From Psammoneis japonica (lineage: Eukaryota): a stretch of 52,740 bases of DNA. Positions 1-11,762 of this stretch are shown one piece after another (the first letter of the stretch is position 1; the number at the start of each line of letters is the position of its first letter). Under the pieces are notes generated by a model that was not told the origin of the DNA, did not search any database, and saw nothing but the letters and a program-made list of their open reading frames with translations. The translations under genes and the position numbers were made by a program. The DNA lies in the NCBI GenBank assembly GCA_008632985.1, contig QPGO01000094.1, forward strand, positions 292,721-345,460, given 5' to 3'.

Positions 1-2237
1 TGCGGATGAGTACGTTGATATGGAATTTGGAACTGGGGCGCTCAAAATCACTCCTGGTCACGACCCAAACGACTACAACATTGGCAAGAAGTTTGACCTT
101 CCCATCATTAACATTATGAACAAGGATGGATCGTTGAATGCCAATGCTGGGGCCTATGACGGCTTGGATCGGTTTGATGCTCGAGAGAAGCTGTGGCAAG
201 ATATGGAGGAGAATGATCTTACGATTAAGGTGAGCTCCTTTAGGGTGCTTAGTACTCATGACGTGCTTGCGGGCTATGCAGCTAATTTTTTGTTTTTATA
301 GGTTGATCCGCACACCCAGCGAGTGCCCAGGTCTCAGCGTGGGGGCGAGGTCATCGAGCCGCTGGTTAGCAGCCAGTGGTTTGTGAAGACGGAGGGTATG
401 GGCGCTAAAGCACTTGCGGCCGTGGAGGAAGGGGATATTCAGATTGTTCCTCAGCGCTTCGATAAGATCTGGAGAAATTGGCTAACCGACATTCACGACT
501 GGTATGTCTAAATAGGTACTTTGAGTGTTTTTCTTTCAATCTTTCCGCTAAGTGTCAGTTTCCATTTTTGCTTCAGGTGCATTTCACGTCAACTTTGGTG
601 GGGCCATCGCATTCCGGTTTGGTACGTCGGAGAGACTGGCGAGTCGGAGTACATAGTCGCACGGAACGAGGATGAAGCTAGAGAGAAAGCAGTGGCGAAC
701 GGTCACCCAAACGATGTTGTTCTGCGACAAGAAGACGATGTCCTAGACACGTGGTTCAGCTCTGGATTATGGCCTTTTGCGACTGTTGGATGGCCGCAAA
801 ACGAGGGCGTCGAGGATTCCGACCTCAATAGGTTTTATCCAGGAACTTGTCTGGAGACTGGGTATGACATTATTTTCTTTTGGGTTGCAAGGATGGTAAT
901 GATGGGAATAGAATTGACTGGAAAGAGTCCATTCAGTGTCATTTACTTGCATGGTCTTGTTCGTGCTGCAGATGGTAGTAAGATGTCGAAGACAAAAGGC
1001 AACGTAATTGACCCGCTGGATACTGTGGCGACGTATGGCGCGGACAGTCTGCGGTATTCCCTAGTGACAGGTGTCACGCCGGGACAGGATATTCCACTCA
1101 ACATGGAGAAGATCGAGGCCAATCGTAATTTTGCAAACAAGCTTTGGAATTGTTGCAAGTTTGTAACGGGCAATGCTTTGAGAGACTTGAGCGAATCGGA
1201 CTTATCTGAGCTGAGTGTAGGTGGACCAATGACAGAAGAAGAATTCAATACTCTTTCTCTTCCGGAACGCTATATCATCACGAAATGCCATCGTCTTGTA
1301 GCTTCGGTGACGGATGATATCGAGAGGTACCAGTTAGGGGCTGCTGGAAGCAAGGTGAGCTTCTGAAGACTGACAACAGACAACGTCTGGAAATGGTTGT
1401 TATCTAACTTAACTGGGACACTGCTAATTGTTTTTGCAGGTCTATGAGTTTTTGTGGGATCAATATGCAGACTGGTACATTGAAATTTCGAAGACTCGCC
1501 TTTACGAAGGAGCCGGAGGAGGCGGAAAAGAGGAAGCAAAAGCCGCTCGACGCGTTCTTGTCTATGTTTTGGACACGAGTTTGCGTCTGCTGCACCCCTA
1601 CATGCCTTACGTGACTGAGAAGTTGTGGCATCATCTCCCACGATCCGGTCCTACTGCCGACCAGGCTGCTCATTCACTGATGCTTGCGGATTGGCCTCAG
1701 ATGGAAGATTCCGATCTCGTGACAAGTGATGAAGCTGTCAGAAGTTTCGAATGTTTTCAGGCTCTTACTCGAAGTATCCGTAACGCGAGGGCTGAGTACA
1801 ACGTTGAGCCGGGGAAGCGAATCAGTGCGACTGTCGTCGCGAGCGAAGATCTGCTTGAGGATATTGAAACAGAGCTCAAATCTCTTGTTGCTCTTGCTAA
1901 GCTCGACCCGGATAAGGTAGCTGTTCATGCAGCTGGAAGTAAAGAGGCGCAAGAAGCGATGGAGATGGGCGAATCTGTTAAGATCGTGGTCCAAGATGGC
2001 GTTGAAGCGTATTTGCCGCTCTCGGGATTGATTGATGCTGAGAAGGAACGCCAGCGGTTACAAAAACAAAGCGAAAAGCTGACAAAGGAGATCCAGAAGC
2101 TTACAGGGAGATTGAAGTCCAGCGGATTTGTTGATAAGGCACCGGCTGCTGTTGTGCAACAAGCTAGGGATGAGCTTGCAACACTGGAAGATCAATTTTC
2201 CAAAATTGAAAGTAGCCTTTTAGCACTTCCCAAGTAG
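1..2237 (+). CDS. valS: Valyl-tRNA synthetase, 5'-truncated by the window edge; probably the organellar (bacterial-type) isoform
   Basis: Exons ~1-229, 302-501, 577-1354, 1440-2237 joined by GT-AG introns. Motifs [63 protein letters not shown] (KMSKS-like), and a C-terminal coiled coil ending ...[10 protein letters not shown]. Confidence 0.96.
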
Positions 2238-2257
2238 AACTCTCAGATTTCGTCTTA

Positions 2258-2274
2258 TCTCTCTCTCTCTCTCT
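2258..2274. repeat. (TC)n microsatellite just downstream of the ValRS stop
   Basis: tctctctctctctctct read directly. Confidence 0.8.
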
Positions 2275-2599
2275 AGTTCCAAACTAACTTCATGTCTTCA
2301 TGATTGAGGAAGGCCTTGTGGCAATTGACTACAGAATAAGACACGTTGTCAAGTACAGAGTAAGGCAAGCGAAGCTGACATTACAAATTACTTTTAGTAT
2401 TAGTTTCGAACATACACACTTAGTAGATTGCAGTTCTGCCAATTCGATGGACGTTCCTACTAGAGCCCTCTGCTAGAGAGAAGCAGCAATGACGGGTCTT
2501 GCGTTCCTCGCGATCGCGCAGCTGCTGCTCCAGCTTCCGCAATGCGCTTGACGAGGAAAGCACGATCCGCATCCTCACAAGAAGCTGCACTTTATTGTA

Positions 2600-3080
2600 A
2601 TCTGGAATCCTCTTCACATTACTGCCAACCTCGATTTCGAATTGGCCTTTCTGCTCCTTGAAAGTGGAGCCGATCCAAACTCGACCGATCGATGGGGACT
2701 CGTGCCTCGATGCGGCTAGGCTGCTTTCGAGTACGGAGCAAAGCCTGGACACAACAGACGAAGACGGGATGATGGCTCTGTGTTACATCTGCCACGACAG
2801 TAACCTCGGAGGCGTCAAGTTCCCCTCTTGACATTGGAGCTTCAATGCGCGCGCGTGACTCGGAGGGGTGGGAACCAATTCACTATGCAACCATTGAAGG
2901 AAATTCTGATATCGTCAAGGTAATTTTGGAGCGAGGAGCCAGCCCCAATGCAACAAGAAATGATGGAGAGCCTGCGCTCTACCATGAAAGTGCTGCGGGA
3001 CATTGGAGCATCTGCAGATTACTATGATTGATTTGGGTGCGCACTTGACTGTTCGTGGTCGTCGACATCTGCAACGCTGA
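2600..3080 (+). pseudogene. Ankyrin-repeat pseudogene/fragment
   Basis: Ankyrin-like pieces in shifting frames: WNPLHITANLDFELAFLLLESGADPNSTDRWG; DEDGMMALCYIC; LDIGASMRARDSEGWEPIHYATIEGNSDIVKVILERGASPNA; GHWSICRLL/IDLGA. Interrupted by stops and frameshifts. Confidence 0.75.
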
Positions 3081-4107
3081 GAGATCATCAATTGCGAAGC
3101 CGCAAATAAAACGTGTTTTGCATCATTCAAAGGCGAAAACCTCATAGGTTTGAAACAATACAACGTCATAGTGTTGCTCAAAGCTCGATTTTCTTCATGC
3201 TGTAGTGTACCGCGTCACCAATAATCTCGTTTGCTCCGAACCGCGTTCTTGGTACTGACATCCAACTTTTCTCCATCGGCGTCATCTTCTCTTACTGTAC
3301 AAGGTGTGAACCTCCGGCTGACAGCCAAAACGTCTCTCGCATCATAGCGGAGAGTGGCCCTCATTATCGATCGCCAGTTTAAACGATAGAACACGTCAGT
3401 CTACAAAGGACAGTCACGCGGAAAGCTCACAAACTGGGTCTCACTCCTAAACCAGAGTGGTCGAACGGGAATGTCATGCTGGACCAGTAACGCGAATCTC
3501 CAGGGGAAAAAGAGAGCACATGCCAGCACCTCGTTTCTCCCTTCTAAGCATTCGAAGCTCCATAAACCTGTCTTACTTCAATCAAACTTCCTTTCGAGTC
3601 TTTCACCGCGAAATTCGCTTCCATATTCTCCATCGCATTACCTTCGTTGCTCCCAACTCTGTGGAGAGTCCTCTGAAGAGCTCACCGCCTCTAACGCCAT
3701 TTACCACCATCGATACAACCTTCAAGATCGCCTAAAGTGAGCATTAGGCCCTGCACCGGCAGTGACTTTGTAGCCGAGGTTGCTGTCATGGACAACCTTG
3801 ATCTCCTCACGCGCCGCACCGAGATCGCTACTTCGTGTCTTGAATTAACTACCTTGTTTGCCCAATTCTTGTAGAATAAGCACCGGTCACACCACCCGTC
3901 GTTTTCATCCTTGTCCTGTCGTGATAAAAACCTTGACAAACGCATTATGTGCTGATGTTGACTGAAACAGTCCACCTTGTCAACGACACAATCACAATCA
4001 TCGGAGAGAACTCAGATTCAGAGCGCGTGCTCTACCGCCGACTCGGAGATCTGCTGCCATGAACGTCTCCTTTCATTATCCACAATGAAATTGTCAAGCT
4101 CAGCAGA

Positions 4108-4707
4108 CTATCTATTCCTGCTACTCGTAGAATGCTCTTCATACGCTGCTTTCAACTCAGAATACCTTGCGACAGCCGCAAAGCATTCTTTTCTTCCCGG
4201 CAATGATTCTTGATTATGAGCTGCCATGTTGCCATATTCTCGAATGGTGTGCATGGCGTTGATCAATTCTCTCACTGCAATTTGGTTTGGGTGACTTGGA
4301 AGGCATTCAAACTGCTTTATCTTTTCGAACAGATTTTTTGCCTGCCGCCCGGTTAGTTTGATTCTCAAATAGGTTTCTAGGTTGGCACGCATTTGAAGCA
4401 TGTGACTTGACAAACGCTTTCTTTCCGCAGCATCTTCTTCCGATGAGGCAGTTGCACAGTTGTCGTCATCCACCAGCTGCGTCAAGCAAGGCGCCTCGTC
4501 GTGCCGTTGTTGTTGCGACCGGGCTAGAGCGAAACGAGACGCTGGTGCACAGACGACGACGCTGCTTAAGCCCAGCTCTTTCTCGACTTCTTCCAAGGCT
4601 TTCACAAGAACAAAATCAGGCAGACAGCATGATTGAAACTCGTCCTCCTCTTGAGAGACCTCAACAGCGGCGTAAGGAGTGAATTGTGGTGGTGTCATGC
4701 CGTCCAT
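4108..4707 (-). CDS. Single-exon 199-aa protein with a C-terminal DUF4145-like (HEPN superfamily) domain
   Basis: Pattern MRANLE...NLFEKIKQF...AMHTIREYGNMAAH resembles the DUF4145 consensus (RxxLE ... LxxKI ... lRxxGNxAAH). Recognised by eye only. Confidence 0.6.
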   Translation of the reverse strand: MDGMTPPQFTPYAAVEVSQEEDEFQSCCLPDFVLVKALEEVEKELGLSSVVVCAPASRFALARSQQQRHDEAPCLTQLVDDDNCATASSEEDAAERKRLSSHMLQMRANLETYLRIKLTGRQAKNLFEKIKQFECLPSHPNQIAVRELINAMHTIREYGNMAAHNQESLPGRKECFAAVARYSELKAAYEEHSTSSRNR

Positions 4708-5594
4708 CGTTGTTGGTTTCTCGCTCCGTCAGTTCTCGCTGTGTAAGATTTGAACACACCATTCAAAACACGTAAGTCGAATCTCAAGAGGGAGGAAACT
4801 CTCCACTCCTAGCTAGCTAGAGCGGCAATCATACATGCTGATACATTAATATGAAATTGGCTCGAGAAATTTAGCTCCATGTTCGGCTTACGCTGCTACT
4901 ACGGTACAGGAGTGCTGACGTTGTTCTTGCAGTGGGTAGCCGGAAGGACCGACGTGTTTGATTGAGAGCAACGGACTGTGCGTCCCGTTCACGGGAAATA
5001 GCCGTGCATTGTTCAACAATGAGGCGTTGATCTAAAAGTGAAGGTCATAATGTCCTTACTCACTCTACTCACTCTCTCGTCTTCTCCTTTTTTAGTTGTA
5101 CTGTAAAACTAAATCTAATAAAAATATGCCACTTTGTGGCTTGTGAAATATCTAACCATACATCATCTGTCTTAGCGTACAAGCAACCCCCCAAAAGCAT
5201 TGTGAATGAACCCGAACAAATGTAATTCTCGGAGCTCGGAGTGACACAATGTCAAAAAAGGATTCTAAAATGTTTAAGTCGGCATCTGGTCGAGCATACC
5301 GTCTTGTCGGTCGCACGGAATCATGATGACGCATGCTCCTAGAACACACCATGGTCTTTTTTCTACATGGAAGCTTCGTCCGAGCCATAGTCAGGGATAC
5401 CGTAGCGCTCAAGACTCACAATCAGACCAGGCGACAACACAACGTTTTCTTCGCTGGAAGAACGCCAACGATTCTTTGGTGGGTCCAGCGTTCGTGACCT
5501 AGTTTGTTGGCGATAGTCCTGCGCTTCACGATGAAGCCTTTTTATCCTGACTCTTCGACCTCGGTGCGAGAGGGTGCTTCGGGTGGACTTGGTT

Positions 5595-6332
5595 TCAATG
5601 CTGGTGTATGAAAAATCCGTGCTGACGAGGAGTCGTCTTATGATGTAGACACGGTTGCGATAATGGGAATATGGATGCCGTGTTTGTAAATGTCCGTCTG
5701 CTTCGTTGCAAGCTAAGGGATAGACATCGCCTTCGCTTTCTCATCGATGATTGACTATCATCATCGAGTCTGTCCCTGCGACTGAGTCTTCCTGCACCAG
5801 TCGACATTGCTTCATACTTGTCGCTCGCTGGAGTAATAATGGCGTCGTCTCCAGAGGTATCAGTTTCCGCTTCCAAAACTCCGTCATATCCTTCAGAATT
5901 CGACGAGGCGGAGACTTGCGGGGTAAAGGAATCGACGCGGTGCATCCAAGTTGAAGACAGCCCAGAGTCAAGTAGCCGCACGTCGGGAGCTGATTTGGTT
6001 CTTGTCAGCGTAGAGTAGCTGTGGAGGCCGGAGACGGTCGACATGGTCGATGTACAGCTCCTGCTATTGTCCTCTGTATCGCTGTTCTCAAACTCTTCTA
6101 GGTCACGGTCTGTTTCTTCATCAATTGTGGTATCTAACAAGGACGTACCAGAGGCGAGGGAGTTTCCGACACCGCCTAAGTTGTCGACTTCTCGATCTGC
6201 CTCGATGTTGCCGACTCCACCTGGGTATGGTACAGTAGGTGCGTCGCTTTGGGTTTCGAGATTGGACGACGACGACGACTCGGGCAGAGAGCTCAAGAAG
6301 CATGCCGGGGACGACGGGGGCAAAATTATCAA
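5595..6332 (-). CDS. Ser/Asp-rich hypothetical protein; start uncertain (no in-frame ATG at the ORF start, possible 5' exon)
   Basis: 245-codon open frame of disordered composition, divergent from PEX3. No recognisable domain. Confidence 0.35.
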   Translation of the reverse strand: MIILPPSSPACFLSSLPESSSSSNLETQSDAPTVPYPGGVGNIEADREVDNLGGVGNSLASGTSLLDTTIDEETDRDLEEFENSDTEDNSRSCTSTMSTVSGLHSYSTLTRTKSAPDVRLLDSGLSSTWMHRVDSFTPQVSASSNSEGYDGVLEAETDTSGDDAIITPASDKYEAMSTGAGRLSRRDRLDDDSQSSMRKRRRCLSLSLQRSRRTFTNTASIFPLSQPCLHHKTTPRQHGFFIHQH

Positions 6333-6524
6333 AAAACATGATGCCCCCGTTATCCGAAAATGTACGTGGCATTTACTTGGAACGTACAGCGTATCATCAA
6401 GAATGGGGGGTCACTTTGCGACGCTACTTCTATTTTCGATTTTTTGGCGACGGCATGACGGCGGCATGCACTCGATGACACGACACACGATAGCACCCAA
6501 AGCAACAGAATATCCTCTTGCACC

Positions 6525-7832
6525 ATGAGCTCCTCACATGCAAACGCCTCTGTCCGACGGCGACGTTCCTTGTCCGCGTCGTTGGGAAGAATTGCGACGA
6601 CCGCTGTTGTAGCTTATGGTACCTATAGGCTTGTTGATTGGGCCCGAAACGCGTGGTTTCCCGACCAAGAATGGTATGATGATAACTACTTGAACGAACG
6701 GTCACACGATCGTGGCATCACCTCTGGGAACTCGAGGCAGCGTCGGCAAGGCCAATGGAAGCTGCGTTGTCAACGAGTGAAGCGGTGTAGATTAGAATCT
6801 GTGCAAGCGTTGAAGGACCTTTTGCCCACGCTTCGTCGTACACTTGATGAGCTAACAGACACTAGAGAAGAAACACGAGCACTGAAACAAATCCGTGCCG
6901 AGAAACGCCAGAATGATGGAGAATCTCTCGACAAACAGAATTTGATGGAGCGTGAACGGCGTCTATGGGATACAATCAAGGTGAAGACGTTGACTCGAAT
7001 GATAGCTGCGGCTTATGCCCACACATTGGTGTTTCTGGCGTTGACTGTACAAGTTCACATTATTGGTGGACGACTTTTTGAAGAGCAGTCTAGGTCTCCT
7101 GAGGGAAATTCATCCAATTCATGGGCGACAAATGACGAAACTACTGCTTCGGACCGAATGGGATCTTATCAGTCGTCTCATCGATTAGTCCTAACACGGA
7201 CGTACGAGTACTTTTTTGATCAAGGCATTTCATCGCTGGTGCGAACCGTTGAGCGCGCTGTCTCTGATGTTGTCTATGATTGGGACGTTATGGGGCCATC
7301 GTTTGTAAGCTTCTCACAAGAAACACTGGAAGATGCCATTGCTCAAATAAGGGAGATTGTGGAAAGGGACAAACGTCCGTGGCGGTCACGGGTCAGGGGA
7401 AATCAATTGCGTCAAACTCATCCGCGAAGCATCACGCGGTTTTTGTTGCCGCCAGAGCACATTTTGGATGAATCATCGGTCACAGACACCTTGGCTCAAT
7501 CGATATTGGATGAGACTTGGGATATAGTGGAGAGTCCGCTACTTGATGACGCGTTGAAGGATTGTCTGGACGACACATTTCAAACAATGAAGGTGGAACA
7601 TTGGAGCAACATTTTTGCCGATTCAAGCAGGACTGTACCACCGCCTGGTATGCGAGCTGAAGTTATTAGCCAGCCATTAGCAAAGGTCATTTCCCAGCTT
7701 CGACATACTACAAGCAGCTTCTTCGAACCGGCTTCCATCTCATCGGCAAATGATGATGGTCCCAACGGTTACGTGTCTCGATTAGAACGAATACCATCAG
7801 TCTTAGAATTGGGGGATGCAAGCTTCTCATAG
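6525..7832 (+). CDS. PEX3: Peroxin-3 (peroxisomal biogenesis factor 3)
   Basis: N-terminal basic cluster plus hydrophobic anchor (RRRR...IATTAVVAYGTYRL). Pex3-type core LWDTIKVKTLTRMIAAAYAHTLVFLALTVQVHIIGGRLF, plus ILDETWDIVESP and PLAKVISQL. Confidence 0.8.
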   Translation: MSSSHANASVRRRRSLSASLGRIATTAVVAYGTYRLVDWARNAWFPDQEWYDDNYLNERSHDRGITSGNSRQRRQGQWKLRCQRVKRCRLESVQALKDLLPTLRRTLDELTDTREETRALKQIRAEKRQNDGESLDKQNLMERERRLWDTIKVKTLTRMIAAAYAHTLVFLALTVQVHIIGGRLFEEQSRSPEGNSSNSWATNDETTASDRMGSYQSSHRLVLTRTYEYFFDQGISSLVRTVERAVSDVVYDWDVMGPSFVSFSQETLEDAIAQIREIVERDKRPWRSRVRGNQLRQTHPRSITRFLLPPEHILDESSVTDTLAQSILDETWDIVESPLLDDALKDCLDDTFQTMKVEHWSNIFADSSRTVPPPGMRAEVISQPLAKVISQLRHTTSSFFEPASISSANDDGPNGYVSRLERIPSVLELGDASFS

Positions 7833-8126
7833 GGTAAAACTTGGGTAGGTAAAAAAGAAATTGGCAGTGCCTTTATTCGTCAAAACCTTAATTCACCCCT
7901 GACATCTACCGGTACCCTACTAAGTGCGTACATAACATCCACGTTGCGTAATACCGTACTTGGTATTACTGTTTATTGCGATTGCGATGCCATACTTCCA
8001 AGAGTCTAAGCATGCAATGTTCTGCTCATAATGTCACCTTTTTCAGACAAGACAACTACAAAAGGAAGTAGAGTTGTTTCTACAGTAAAAGCCTTTGAAA
8101 CCAGTTCCCGTCATATCCAGCGTGCA

Positions 8127-8910
8127 TCACCCTCTCGTATCTTCTTTTGGCTGTTCCAACCAGTTGGTGTCCACAATGTGTCGCAAGAGCTGAAGTGACA
8201 AAACAGTTTCTCGATGGGAGTCATTCTTAAGCAGCTTCTGGAGAAGCGTCTCGGTTCTATTGGTGGATCCGTGCCGGTGTCTATTGTGACTGGGTTTGGT
8301 TTCTGCATTGCGAAGCGGCGGTTTCCGGGGCTGCTCATGAATGAAATTACAATTGTCTCCATTACGGCACTTCCCATTTCTCGCAAAAAATCTACAGAAC
8401 CGAGCCTTTGTGTCGCCTTGACTGCCAATTTTGGTCTTTCTATCCTCCTCTGGACGCTTCTCGCCATTCCGCTTTTGTGATTCTGACTGCTTGTCGACGT
8501 CTTCATCCGATGAAGATTCGTATGATCCAACAAGCTCGACAGAGGCGTCGCGCTATCCACCGTCGACGCCTCTTTTGTCTTGGAAATTTCTTCTTCCGTT
8601 CTTGAATCCACTTTTGAATATCATCAGGATGATTTCCCACACAAATCCGAAATCTTTGAACCGGGCATCCCGGGACGGCAACCGTGACTGTTTTAAAGCC
8701 AGCCCCCTGACTAGCTGCATCATTATCTAGTCGACTACGTTTCCCTGGTGGGGGATCGGGGAAGGAGCTGATTTGGTCACTAGCACGTCGCCTTGAACTG
8801 GTGCTTGGAAGTTGCTGCGTTTGGCTACTAGAAACATTGGTAGCGCGAGGTGGGGGTGGTGGAGGTGGAGGAGGAGGGCATAGACCTGCTGTGTGGTCGT
8901 CGCGCCTCAT
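8127..8910 (-). pseudogene. NUFIP1/Rsa1-like snoRNP assembly factor with a CCCH zinc finger; frameshifted in this sequence
   Basis: Frame 1 has PDDIQKWIQERKKKFP (NUFIP1 conserved motif). A different frame has YESSSDE, CRFFARNGKCRNGDNCNFIH (C-x8-C-x5-C-x3-H, ~8337-8396) and TLLQKLLKNDSHRETVLSLQLLRHIVDTNW, stop at 8127-8129. At least one frameshift is needed near 8520-8580, with no plausible intron. Confidence 0.7.
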
Positions 8911-9103
8911 TTTGTTTGAATAAAGAGTCTAAAAGTGAGAGTCGGAGATGTCAGTGGGGTGTTGATGGCTTTCGTTGTCGTCGGCTTGGCAGGAGCAACT
9001 AGCAATCTATCTGCAAGTCGTCATCGTGGCGGCAGCATCGTGCGTGCACTCTCACTTCTGTACGCAAAAGAAACTCCTCAGCGAACATAATTCTCAACCA
9101 AAT

Positions 9104-9221
9104 GTTTCACGGCGTTTCACAGCGTTTCACAGCGTTTCAAACGAATTTTTGCGTGTATTTTGTGCGAGGTCTGACAAGCAAAAATGTCAGATTTTGTCAG
9201 ACATGTCAGACGATGTCAGAA
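9104..9221. repeat. Two short tandem motif arrays: GTTTCA(C) at 10-bp period x4 and TGTCAGA x4
   Basis: gtttcac ggc gtttcac agc gtttcac agc gtttcaa (9104-9140); tgtcaga ttt tgtcaga ca tgtcaga cga tgtcaga (9185-9220). Confidence 0.75.
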
Positions 9222-9501
9222 AATTCAAACGCTGGGGAGAGATATATTGGTATTACTTCTACGTGGAACCTACGTAGAAGTATCTGCAGTCTGCATAGCG
9301 CATCAAAAAGAAACCGATTGATTCGACAATGGCGCTTCTGCCGTTGTCTCTAAGTTTGCACCATGGGCTGTATCCAGCTCCTCATGGAAATGGACTCACT
9401 CTTTGTTGCAGCGAGTAGAGAGCAGAGATTCCACCACGAGATGTTATGTTTCGTATTTTGTGATTTGATCGACCGTCGTCTTTCATGAAACACCACGTCG
9501 C

Positions 9502-10443
9502 GTGACCGAGGGAGGATTTAAAAGTGTGCGTTGGATTTGGTCACGTATATTCGTAAAGAATATGGAACTGAATTTGGAATTTCCGTAGCCGGATATCCCG
9601 AGGGACATCCCAATGCCATTTCGAAAATGGATAACAAGGAAGAAATGACCGATACCCGATACGGAAAAGGCGCGATCGTCGTGTTTTGATGGAATCACGT
9701 ACACGTGCAAGGATGAAGATTACAAAAAGGAAATGGAGTATCTCAAACAAAAAGTGGATGCTGGAGCAGGTATGTTCTTTTTTGTTGTTGTATTGGTATT
9801 ATTATTGTTGTTCTCAGTTATTCTCACTACTCTCTTCTTTCTCGTTTTGTTGTGTGTCTTAGATTTTATAATTACACAAATGTTTTTTGACATTGATGTA
9901 TTCAAAACCTTTTGTCGTGATTGTCGTGACATGGGTATTACCGTCCCCATTGTTCCGGGTCTCATGTGCATCAATGCCTGTCCTGGATTTCGAAAAATGA
10001 CGAAATTTTGCAAAACACGTGTCCCCCAATGGCTCGATGAGAAAATGGAATCTCTCAAAGACGACGCCGATGCCGTCAAGGCGTTTGGTGTCGAGTTTGG
10101 TGTACAAATTTGTCAACAAATTATCGATTCCAACGATTTGACGCCCGTGTTGCATTTTTATACATTGAATTTGGAAAAGGTGGTTTATGGCATTTTGGAT
10201 GGTGTGGGATTGGCACAAAATGCTTTCGACAAGGCCAATGAAGCCGATGCCAAAGACATGGTGGCCATGGGTAGTGCGTGGGCGCGTGTGGGGGATGCCG
10301 TAACAAGTGTCCATGGACAGCATATCGTCAAGGAAGTGCGCAAGGGTGGAGTAGCAGTGGTGGAAATGAACAAATGGATCATGGCGGATGGACAAAAGCC
10401 CATGGCGTATTTGCAAGGAGGACAATACAAAAAGGTGTTCTAG
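9502..10443 (+). pseudogene. MTHFR: 5'-truncated, frameshifted methylenetetrahydrofolate reductase (MTHFR/MetF family)
   Basis: TEGGF..CALDLVTYIRKEYGTEFGISVAGYPEGHP; YLKQKVDAGA|DFIITQMFFD; PIVPGLMCI; LHFYTLNLE. About +2 nt frameshift near 9520; 7-bp tandem duplication ccgatac (9649-9662) shifts frame; 93-bp GT-AG intron 9770-9862; N-terminal part absent. Confidence 0.88.
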
Positions 10444-10905
10444 ATAGACGAGCGAGTAGCAGCAGTGGTAGTGTAGCTAGAGCGTGTTGTTGTTGAAATG
10501 AGTGGTTCCTGTAAAGTCGTATCGCGTGCTTGTATGATTAAACTATGAATGCAGGGACGGGGTAGTTTTGTTCATTCCAGGTGGACGCTTCTTACTTGTG
10601 ACTCTCTTGTGTGCCGCACGCCTCTAGAGCAAGGTGCCGGATATAGTAGGGCCTTCTAGTCCATTACATCTCACCTGCCGGCAGCCCTACTAGCTCTACT
10701 ATTATACGTGGCGTTATGGAGAGAGGTGGATTCAAAAAAAAATTAATGAATGGAAAAGGTGTTGCTATTCAAAGGAGTTCACATTCGTATGACACGATTC
10801 ATCTCTAAGGTTCGTTGGTCTTTGTTACTTTTTTTATCGGTTTTGTAGGATGTATCTACTTGGGCTTTTAGAGATAGACCTAGCAGCTATGGTGTACAAC
10901 TATCT
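10431..10905 (+). repeat. TA-retaining copy of a ~480-bp segment (MTHFR 3' end and flank) duplicated at ~16118-16600
   Basis: Shared blocks such as gttgttgttgaaa.gagtgg.tcctgtaaagtcgt, gaatgcagggacgggg.agttttgttcattccag, aatgaatggaaaaggtg and gcttttagag. Confidence 0.85.
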
Positions 10906-11762
10906 CGACCTGCAGTACCCTCTAGCTAGAGTAAAGACTGCTAGCAGTGGAGACAGGTGCAGTAGAGTGGAATGACGAAAACAGACGTTCGAAGCGAAGA
11001 TATCATGCTAGCTCGTAATGTCCACTTTCCCACGCACAGAAAGCCCTCAAAGAAAGAGAAATTGCGTGACAACTACGTGGCAGATAGAAGAAAGCAAGCT
11101 CAATTTGCTTTCTCACACTCTCCGCTCGCTCACCACACAAACTCGGCAACGTCGGCTGAAACCAAAAAACATTGAACCTGACGTGATTGCGGCTGCAACA
11201 TTTCGGAAAAGATTGACACCAGAACAGCTTGATCATTTCATTCCACCCCGCACCCCGCCCTTATTTTCATTGGCCAGGGAAACTACCTGGCAGTACGCGC
11301 GCGTGAGAAGTTCACGTGCAACGTCACCCAGTGGCGCGGGGGAAGGGACAGACGCGGGGCAATGGCGGAACGGAGTCGTCATGCAGGCAGGAAAAGGGAT
11401 GGATTTCGAGTTGGGGTTTGATGTTTGCGATTGTAGTTTGGTGGAGTAGCGGGTTAGTTGGTCAGCGAGCGATTTGGTGATCGCGAGGCTCAGGCTCTGT
11501 AGACCCCATTGTGATGGTGTTGAGGAGTGGTGGGTCAGGCCAAAGGAGCACTCGGCAGAGATGGTTTGCCAGGTGGCGGTGGCAGCAGGGAGGATGACAG
11601 ACGGGGATTGTTGGGCGCAGGCGTGTGCAGCATGGGCAGCTGTGGTGGGGGAGAATGTGGTGATGTCATGGTTGCATGGCAGTTCATGTCTCATTCATCA
11701 CATTTTTGCATGAATGTTCTTGCACTCATTTGTGCATTTGCACACAAGTGCCAACAGCAGCA

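Noticed and set aside
9770..9862. Hydrophobic transmembrane insert in MTHFR (MFFFVVVLVLLLLF...)
   Set aside because: It is an in-frame, T-rich 93-bp GT-AG intron; splicing restores KVDAGADFIITQ.
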